A stretch of DNA of 64,000 bases from Marsupella aquatica. Lineage: Eukaryota; Plantae; Marchantiophyta. Position numbers and translations under genes: made by a program. The notes beneath the pieces are model-generated. The model was not told where the DNA came from. It saw only the letters and a program-made list of their open reading frames with translations, and did no database searches. Of this stretch, positions 26,001-35,511 are shown piece by piece. Numbering within the stretch: position 1 is the first letter of the stretch; every line of letters begins with the position of its first letter. Location of the stretch: positions 24,178,709 through 24,242,708 of the forward strand of contig OZ316894.1 in the NCBI GenBank assembly GCA_973895155.1, in the 5' to 3' direction.

Positions 26001-27751
26001 TTGCGATTGCGCTCAGGAGAGACAAAAGTAAGCGTGCATGCATATATCATGGTAGAGTTCACTTTGTTTAATCCCAAGCCTGATTTCTTTATCAATTGTG
26101 CATTTACCCTGCCACTATGCTTACATGCAGGCATACTCCCACTGCCCCCTAAGACGATCGAGGTGCAAATTGTTGAATGGAGAACACAGCAAGAATGAAA
26201 CGCTTATTTTGATCAGGAGGAAAAGAGTAAGGAGTTATACAAGGTACGTAAGGCTCTTAATAATCCCCAATGTTGAAGACGTATGAGAGTTCAATTTGAT
26301 CCCTTGAAGGTGTCTGTTCGGTGGCAATTAATGTGCCTGTAATGTTGTAGGAATTCTGTGACGCCGAAAGAGGTGCCTTATCGAATGTGTTGAGCGTTCT
26401 GCTCCGGTTGCGACAATTTGCAATGCACCCGAAACTTCCTTCATTATGTAAAATTCGCGAAGAGGAGATCGGGAACAAAGTGCAAAGAACGCCCCTTAGT
26501 GAGCCTCAACGAGCCTGACTCGTGTCAGAGTTTCAACAATTGAAGATTGGAAGTGCTTGCGTGGACTGCAAGGTGAGTACAGTCACTCTGTGTACGGGGT
26601 ATGATTGGGGTATGATTGAGGTATTTCAGTTAACGTGCTTTGCCTAACAATTTCTGTACGCACTCACTTTAACGGTTGGATTGTGCAGGGGGGCTTGATT
26701 GGAAGTCCATTTCAGATTTCTGGCTATGGCCATGTATACTATGGCATTTGTGCAATAGACCGGGAAGCTGGAACCTGCAAATCGGCAAAATGTTCAAAAT
26801 ACGTGACAGCCCAGGTCCTATACAGGCCAGCTGATTTGAGGCTAGTCAATGGTGGTGCGGAGTCAAAAGGGAAGGCGCGAAGAGAATATGATGTCCGACA
26901 CCCACCTTCTCCAAAATTTGATGCAGTCTTGGAAAACCTGAAGTCGATTCCGCTGGACACTACAGGACAGGGCAGCAGCGAAAGCTTTGTGCCCAGGCAG
27001 AAGGCTCTTGTTTTCTCACAATGGACTTCGTGTCTCGACATGCTTGAGCCACACATTCTGAAGGCTGGTCTAAAGTTCACAAGGATTGATGGAGGAATGA
27101 ATTCCAATGTCAGAGAACAAGCCTTGAATGATTTCAAGACGATCCCAGAGGTACAACCATCATTATCCGTGCAGATCGGTGTCTGTATTTGTTCAAAGGG
27201 TAAACTCTTTATATTCTAATTAAACTATTTCTACTCATTTCATGCAGATCAACATTATCCTCTTGTCCTTGATGGCAATGAACACAGGACTCAACATCAC
27301 TGAGGCTACACATGTTCTTATGGTAGACGGGTGGTGGAATCCCACGGTATAGGGCAAACAAGGCCGGTGAAAGTCGTCAGGTTTATCGCCGAAGATTCGA
27401 TTGAGTTGAAGATTTTGGAGCTGCAAGTAAGATTAGAAGTGCTTGCATGGACTGCAAGGTGAATAAAGTCACTCTGTGTATGGGGTATTATTGGGGTATT
27501 ATTGGGGTATTTCAGTTCGCGTGCTTTGCCTAACAATTCCTGCATGCACTCACTAGTAATGATGAATTACGAATTCCATATATGTGGTCTCTAATTGTAC
27601 GTATGTTGCATGTTTTGTGCAAAACAAAAAATGAGTGATGATCAGAGACATCATGTATGGCTGTGCAATCGGGAAAAAAGATAACATGGAACAAAATCTG
27701 GAGTTCATATTGGGAGAGAATCGGCAGCAGAGGTTCAATGCATCAGAGTAG
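23017..27751 (+). pseudogene. Transposon accessory gene: plant-transposon-protein domain, acidic linker and SNF2-RING-helicase (CHR27/CHR28/FRG-like)
   Basis: Motifs LYPHQRIGLAWM...GGMLADDQ|GMGKT, TLVVCPASVVIQW, DVVVTTYS, MDECH, RRWCLSGTPIQN, LLRLRQ...HP, degenerate RING, KALVFSQWT, RIDG, GLN, WWNPT and GQTRPV. A phase-0 intron at 25009-25100 links it to the upstream acidic ORF. It has several frameshifts and stops, and motif VI is deleted. Confidence 0.85.
23750..23915 (+). repeat. 30-bp coding minisatellite (GS[QKR]EDEEG[DE]x)
   Basis: About five units of ggctcacaggaggacgaggaaggggatgac-like sequence. Confidence 0.8.
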
Positions 27752-28089
27752 CTAGATGAGTTTTAGCTAAGGTTCTCTTCGGTGCTTGAGTCAGTTAGGC
27801 AGTGACACTCTTACTGTTCATTTACTTGTCAGTGCCACTCTCGTTTCCTCCCGTTGTGATTTTAGTGCAGCGGGACAACGATGAGACTAGGAGGACAGAG
27901 CCTGAGTGGGTCTTTCCTTGCCACATATGTACCTGTTCGAGCCTTCTGCGGGAGCATTATGAATTGAAAACTTCATCTTTGAATCACGTCCACTGTTTCT
28001 CATGTCCATTGTTTCTTTGGTATTCTTTCTTGTGTTCTTTTGTGTGTGTCTAGGGTTTAGGTTATGCACTTGCAAGACACACCGAATGA

Positions 28090-28349
28090 TTACCTTAGGG
28101 ACATAGGTAATTTACAAGCATAGCAGCCCGTCCACGTACTACAAGGAGATTTGGTTCCCTACTAAATATGGGACAAATACCTTACCATGAATTGCTTTGA
28201 TAAGAGGGGAATGAATTCCCAACTCATCTTCTGGAAATTACCCCCAATAGTAAGGGGGCGGGGAGCATGAGGTACGTTGGGGTTAATTTCCCTACTTACC
28301 CCCTATATTCCCCTCTTTCAAACTCCTAACCTTGCAGATCTTCCTTGTG
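28090..28349 (+). repeat. Putative right subterminal region and terminus of the CACTA-like element (CACAAGGAAG... on the minus strand)
   Basis: Cluster of inverted TACCCC/GGGG motifs, ending in TTGTG at the Copia junction. Confidence 0.5.
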
Positions 28350-30130
28350 AGTATATCCACACATACCTTGAGTAATCGTCTATGAACGTGACATAGTATA
28401 ACCATCTAGAATGTGAGGGAGTAGGGGTTGGACCCCACACATCACTATGTACATACTCAAGTACCTCCTTGCTGGTGTGAGTTCCAACTCCAAAGGGTTT
28501 CCTGTGCTGCTTTCCTAGCACACAGTGCTCACAAAATTCCAACTTAGTTACAAGATTGCAAATTAGAAAGTAATCCTTTTTTCTGAAGAATAGCCAAACC
28601 TTTTTCACTCATGTGGCCCAAACGGAAGTGCCACAGCCGGGTCATCTCCTCATGAGATAAAGTTACATTGGCTTCATCACAGACTACACTGCCCTCCAAA
28701 ATGTATAGATTGCTATGTCTCTTTCCCTTCAATACAACTTTAGTACCAGTTGAAACTTGAAGAACACCATTAGCAGAACTCCACTGATGACCATTTGCTT
28801 CTAAAACTCCAAGTGAAATGAGATTTTTCATCATGTTGGGAATATGTCTCACATTCCTCAATGTTCTTACAGCACCATCAAACATCTGAAATCTTACAGA
28901 TCCAAGTCCAACAACTTGACATGGGATTCCATTTCCCATCAACACTGATCCGTTGGAAACCGTGTAAGAACTGAAACAATCTCTCCTAGAGCAAATATGA
29001 AAAGTACATGCACTATCTAGAATCCAGTCATCACTACCTGGATTTGACACTACGTTGAGAGCATAACCTTGACATCACAATATGTCATCATCATCGAGTA
29101 AATCTACCTCATGCGAGCTCAATGCCGCGTTAGCAGAGGTAGTAGGGACCTTTACTCGACAATCCCTTTTCATGTGGCTAGGCTTGCCACAATTTTAACA
29201 TGCAAGAGGCTTCCTCTCTTGCGATTTCCCTCTGGATTTAGATCTCCCCTGTGATGTAGATCTAAACCTGTTCTGCCCATTCGTGCGCTGCGCTGCTCTT
29301 CCCCTGTTCACATTGAGCGTAGTGCCAGAAGAAGATGCTGTCTGTGATTGACCCAACTTCTTCTGAGCATCATCAGATAGCAAGGAGCTCACCACTTCAT
29401 TATACGAAATGGACTTCAGATCTCTGTACAAGAGCACCTGTTTCAAGCCCTGATATGACGGCGGTAAGGAGCTTAGCAGAAACAAGGCCTTATCCTCATC
29501 TTCAACTCCTTTTCCCAGGTTTGACAAATCCACCGCTAGACTGTCAAACTCATCCAGGTGATCCTGCATCTTTCTCCCTTCTTTGAGCCTGAGGCTCATC
29601 AAGAGAGACTTCTTGTACAACCGGTCTGACACATCTTCTCGGTAGTACTTCTCTCTTAGAGCCTTGAACAGTGATGCGCAATCCGCATAATCATCCAACT
29701 GCTTGATGATGTGCGGCTTGAGATAAAGCATCACTGCATTGACAGCAATCACCTGCTCTTGTCTCCACTGCTTCTCTGAAATCTCCTCCTCTCCATCATA
29801 CTGCTCTCGCGAAGAGAGCAAATGAGCTAAGCCCATGGCTCGTAGAACACCCTTCACTTGCTTCTCCCATAGCAAGTAATTAGTACGACCATCGTACTTC
29901 TCCACCTCAAACTTCACTCCTCCAAATCTAGCCATCTCCCTCTTCTTTCCAACTACCGACAGCTTTGGTAGTAACACAACTTCCTCCACTGCACGCCGCA
30001 CCGGTGATCGTACCGGTGTCACTAGTTCCTCCTCAAATGGTAGCAGCTCCTCCTTAGACTCTCTGTCTGACCATCGCGATCCTGAAGCTCCACCGATGCC
30101 AATTCTTCCAGTATCCTTCGAGTCACTCAT
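28350..30130 (-). pseudogene. Copia gag-pol (gag, CCHC, protease, integrase N-terminal part)
   Basis: KFEVEKYDGRTNYLLW; C*NCGKPSHMKRDC (stop at 29195-97); WILDSACTFHIC; LWHFRLGHMSEKGL; LEYVHSDVWGP; YYVTFIDDYSRYVWIY, then truncation. Frameshifts are present. Confidence 0.92.
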
Positions 30131-31709
30131 ATAAAACAATCACAAAAAAACGTCTTTTTTCGAAACTTCTCATAAAACTCAAAACTCAACACCGTTGCGT
30201 AGCCCACAAAGCTAGGAGTCCAATATTGAAAGCCGAAATCAAAATTGAAATTCGACAGAAAAGTTATTCAAATTTTGGTCAGGGTGGGTAAAACCTTGGG
30301 AAACTCCCCCGTTTTGACCACCTCGGAGAATAACCAAAATACCAAGTACAACCCATCGTCAGAATCGCAATGAGATTGGTGCGCAGCGTTGCTAACTCCA
30401 GTGGCAACGTCCTCACCAAAAAAGAACCAAAAAAGTTACCATGTGGCGGATGGAATCCTTGTCGGACGGCCAAAAAACAACTCTCTGTTTTTTGGGAATA
30501 TTCCCACACAGTCCAGCAGGTCTCACAGGGGGCCATTCCCCCTGTGGGAGCGGTTAAAATGGAGGGTGGCAGGTCCCGGCACATGAGGAAACTAGGGAGA
30601 AGGAAAAAATGCTAAAAATGGGGCCTAAAGGGGGTGCTAAAGCCCCTTAAAGCCAAAAACAATTACCCCTGTATTCGGCCGGGGTCGCGCATACGGGGCC
30701 GGGAGTAGTAGTGACGGGCCAGGGCGCATGCTTCCGCATACTCGACAAAAAAAAATTAAAAAATTTGGGGCCGGGGAGGAGTAGCGACGGCCGGCCAGCT
30801 GTCGCGAGGGCAACCGGCGTCGCAAAGCAGTCAAAAGGGGGGGGGGTCGGGGCGGCTGTTTTTGCGCCGGCCGGCGCTGCGTAAACAGCCGCGACAGGGG
30901 GTAGCCGGGTATCGTAGCGGGATGTGAGAGGTTAAGTCGAGGGTATGGGAGGCCGGGGTGTGTATACATACTCCGTGTGTATAAACACAAAAAAAATCAC
31001 ACTAAAGTAACCAAAAAATTTGCCACTAAAAGTGAGAAAAATCCCGGTTACACACCTTAAACGCCGCAGTTTTAAACAAGAAAAATGAATGCCGCCGACG
31101 GGAAAAGTTGCCAAATTTCACCGGCACAGTCTGCTGCTTCAGCAGAGAAAATAATTCCGCCGCGTCGCCTTCACTCCGCGTCAAGTACCAATCCCGGGCT
31201 CAAAACGACCGCCTCACCAAGATCAAACCGTTGAGCCGTAGCACTTCGCATTTCTTCCACCAAGTCGGACGTCACGAAGAGAAACCTGGTTCAGATGAGA
31301 ACAAGCTCCATAGCTTGTGAAAAAACCTGAACGCCTCCTTCACTCGTCACGACACACTCGGTAACAACTCGGTAGCAATTCAACTACCGAAATGACCAGC
31401 TCGCTTCAAGCTTCAACTTGAGCTATAATGTGCGATCCCTCCCGCACCGCACGGCTCACACCGTTGAAAAATGCGATCTCTGGTCTCTCCCCCGAAAAGC
31501 TGTCGAACACGAATAAAACCTGAATGACGCAAATTTCAATTCCTCCGCATACCTATCAGCGAGTTCTAACCACCGTTAGAAAGCCCTCTCACTAACCTAT
31601 CCTCACAGCCACACACATTCGAATTTCATGCGACGAAACTCCGAATGTACCATCGGCAATGAACGCTGGAAAAACCTGTCACGAAAAAACCTTGTCACCT
31701 CCCAGGCAT

Positions 31710-31721
31710 GCTCTGATACCA
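31710..31721 (-). promoter_or_regulatory. Primer binding site (tRNA-iMet)
   Basis: TGGTATCAGAGC on the minus strand, 2 nt after the LTR's CA. Confidence 0.92.
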
Positions 31722-31723
31722 CT

Positions 31724-32067
31724 TGTTGAGCATAGACGACATTCGTAACAGCAAGCCCATGAACCATCCAACGCACAATAGTCGACACAGAGAGATACGT
31801 GGTTCACCTCCACATGAGGCTACGTCCACAAGAACACACAAGAGTTTTACTGCACTCTAGGCCGACCGGCCATACCAAGCATCCACAGCACAAGCTCTCC
31901 CTATCTCTCAACTAGCTCCATAACAATGAGCCTAAGTTCCACCAGGGTCTGGCATCAGCCCTGGCTATATGCACACCAGCACTACCGCTAATATTAGCTA
32001 AGTCTTAACCCGAGTTAGACTAACTCTGGTTAGCTCATGAGTCACAAGACTAGAGCAATATCTAACA
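31724..32067 (-). repeat. Copia 5' LTR (~344 bp)
   Basis: Minus strand reads TGTTAGATAT...GCTCAACA and includes the GTGGACGTAG...GAACCACGTA U5 motif typical of Copia LTRs. Confidence 0.8.
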
Positions 32068-35000
32068 ATATTCATAGAATATTCCATAAATTTAGGGGTA
32101 AAAAATATAGTAAAAATCAACTTTATTTTCTTAAGTTTTAGGGTGTTATTACTTGTAAACTCCACATGTGATATGGGCCCGCGAGGGAAAAATGAATGTG
32201 TAGAAAAATTGTAATCTATATGTGACAATTGAGCTTATTTGGGTGCCACCTGGCCTCCTTGGTGGGAATTGTCTCCTTGGCTCATGAGTCAGTGCTTGCT
32301 TTCCCCCCTTTGTGGGGCTTTTGAATATTAAAAAATATTTTTGAGTAAATTAAGTTCATTTGGTTTTTACAATTGGGCAAACTACTTAAGGCCGTATGAA
32401 TAAAATGTGAAGCACTCAATCTATTCAAAGTTTCATCTATTTTGAATAGATGAAACTTTATAAGGTCTTTACATAAGAACCAAATTAAATGTACTTTAAA
32501 TGTTATTTTTTAAAGTAAACTCTTAAAAATAGGTAGAGTAATTATGTGGAGGGGAAGAGTATTGGGAGAAAGCAGTGAAGCTCTCAATAAAAAACTGCTA
32601 TGGCCACTGACATACTTTTAGGATAGAAGTGGTGATAGAGTTAGTGACAAAGAAAATTTATGGATAGATGTGCAGATTTGGTTACTGACATTGTACTTTA
32701 TCTACAGAAATGTAAATAGCAATGTCCAAGTACACTTTTATGTTTTGATCCAGTCCATGCAGGTTTGGTTTATCCATGAGAGCTTCACTAACAAAGTGCC
32801 AGTCCATCTGTGCTTTAACTTCAAGTATTAACCTCTTTGCAACTATTTGAAAAAGAAATAAAAAAGAAATGAAAAAGGACATTATTAACCTCTTTACAAG
32901 TATTAATAAAGCGTGCATAAGTATGGGGTACATGAACGAACTTAAACTGTCTACCATTTCTTATTTAGGGACACAAATTCAAGTGTAACCAAATTAAAAT
33001 TTACTTGGCCTAAGTTATTGTGAGTAACACTAATTTTGCACCTATAAGTACCGTCATTTTTTAACCTCTTTTGTCAATGGAGCCTATTGAATGTTTAAAT
33101 ACGAAGAGTTCACTAGGGGGCAATGAGCATCTCGATGACAATCCAATCTGTCCAGTCAACCCTATTCTTACAGTCCACCACAAGTTCTGCCATTTTCAGT
33201 GCTACCACTACCATCCAGATTGCCATCGAGGTTTCCAGCCATGGTGTGATGGTGTAACCCATATTGTCCATTTTGGTTTGGTGATCTACTCCTGAGGGAG
33301 TATTAACAGAAGCTCAAAACTCTGGCTCAAACTTGTCAAAGGTGGCACTGTGAAGGCAGCGTCTGGCAGGCAGGGATCCTGGTTTTTGACATGGCAAGAG
33401 AGGGTGGGGCATGCAAAATGGGTTTGGCAAGGAGCTTGCAACAAAGATAATTGTCCCAGTCAGGTATTCCCCCCAACAGGTGGCGATGCAGGAGCGGGTG
33501 CAGTAAGTAGACAATCCATTAAAATAATAGAGTAGTTTCATGCACCTATCCAGTTTAATCATGCACTATGAGGGCTTAGTCATGCACTATGAGGGCTTCA
33601 GGGAGGAGGAGGCTAGGATGCGTGACAACAGCTACATATGGGAACTGCATAAGTGATTGTCCAATCATACAATTATTGGGTAGTCTATAAATGATTTCCA
33701 TTGCATTTATCACAGTCCACACCATGGATAAGTGCATGACCTCACAACACAATTATTAGGGGAAGTGCACCCCAAAGTGCATAACCCATTGTCCTTGCAA
33801 TTATTAAGCGGGATTCATTGGTTTGTTGAATGGGCCTCTTGGCCTTCTCAGGGTCTTTCCTTTTACGCTCCCTCTTCATTGTGTCTTTTTTGCCTTTGGG
33901 ATCAGGTCTCCTGTGTTCATGTATTTTTGGAAGTGTTATATATAGTGGGCAGTGTATAAATAATAATTTCAATGCACTGTCACAGTCCAGACCGTGGATA
34001 AGCACAATCATTTAGGGAAGTGCTAGCATCTAATAATAATAAGTGCTAGTATCTAATAATAATAATAAGTGCTAGCTACCTTTCAAATGTACGCTTAAAA
34101 GGTAAGGTCTTAGGCGTCCTACCTAGTCGTTCCAGTCCTCTGGATGACTGGATCTCTGTGTCTGATGAGAGGAATGACACTGTACCTCCTGCCTACTTTT
34201 CAATTTGATCTGTAGCAAACACCATTTTGCTCTGTAATAATTACCGTCTTTGGTGAGGTATGAAGAACGATCAGAAGAATTTCACTTTCAGTCGACTGAA
34301 TGATGATTCGCTTGAAAAGTCCCACTCGGACCATACTATTAATGACGGGAGAAGTAAGAGTCTCGAACTGAGCTTGCGAGACGATCATCGGTATCCCTCT
34401 GAGCTCCTGGAAGTTTCACAGCTGCTTCAAGGTTTAACTACAGTTCGGAGGTGTGAAAAGAAAATGAGTTCGGAGCAAAACCTGCAGTTCAAGGTGTGAA
34501 AAGCCAATGATGTCCGCTCGTGTGAGCCACCTACTCAAGTGCCACACACACGTTACTCATGCTTTTGTCGGCAAATTTGAGCGTCGGATGTCGTCGTTGG
34601 TACCTGTATGGATTATGGCAACAGTGAATGTCAGAGTCAAAGGTACGCCAGGATGAAGTGTTGCGGCCAAACTGCCAAAGTATATAATTCAACGCATGCA
34701 TTTGCATGTTGAACACGATCGAAGCTGCATTTCGTAGATCAGACCGTAGAGGATGCATGCCCCGCAAGAAAATCACTACGATGGCTTTCGCAAGGCTTAA
34801 ATCAACGAACGATGAGCACAATCTGAGCGCCTTTGGAAAGATTGACGCTTAAATTGATAAGGTCTGTGTGGTTTGCTCGAGCTGTAAGAAGATTGTTGTT
34901 GCTTAAACCTAGGCCGTTGCCTGCTTTTCAAGTCTCTAATTCTATTGGGAGTGTTTTGAATCGGATTGACTGTCACTGTAAGACCATTGCGAACACAGAA

Positions 35001-35511
35001 AGTGCCTCGAGCATGTCTGACCTCGCTGGAAAGCTTGAATAATCTCCCTTCGTTCGTCTTAGTGAGAGACCAGACCGCAAACATGATTTATTAGAGATTT
35101 TAGATTTGATCAATAAAAGGTCCCAAATTGACAATTTCTAATTTCGAACAGGCTAGGCTAGATCGTAAAGGCTTCATTCCAGGATAGTAAATGAACGAGG
35201 AGTGCAGAACATCCATCTTCTTAGATTTTTCCCTTTTTTTCCTGGCGCTTTGGATAGTGGAAAGATGTCGACAAGTGAGTTTCAATGGTTTAGACACTGG
35301 AACTTTGGTCACTCTTGCTCGCAAACAATCCAAGAGGGATTGATTTGAGACTAAGAGCATTATTAATGCAGGATTGGTACTATTGCCTTGGCACAGCCCG
35401 GCCCTCCAATCGATCTGGCGTTGGAGAGAACTTCATAATCGAAATGGTTGTGATCAATCAGAAGTTCTAGCTGGCAAGGGATCCCTCCCGGACATATACG
35501 CCGGTACGAGG

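Larger units (their letters stand above)
12780..28349 (+). mobile_element. Large CACTA/EnSpm-like (CMC) DNA transposon, 5'-truncated, with a nested LTR element and SNF2 cargo gene
   Basis: EnSpm-type transposase in two pieces, a second accessory gene, and GGGGTA-type motifs throughout. It ends ...CTTCCTTGTG exactly where the Copia integrase frame breaks. Confidence 0.7.
28350..32067 (-). mobile_element. Ty1/Copia LTR retrotransposon (Tork/Tnt1-like), 3'-truncated within integrase
   Basis: 5' LTR, tRNA-iMet PBS, gag, zinc knuckle, protease, GAG-pre-integrase and integrase in Copia order. Confidence 0.92.

Noticed and set aside
33071-33600. Possible retroelement or gene fragment
   Set aside because: All frames are interrupted and no diagnostic motif was recognised
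35374-35511. Upstream extension of the ABCG ORF from a TTG start
   Set aside because: Prokaryote-style start call; the first in-frame ATG is 35512
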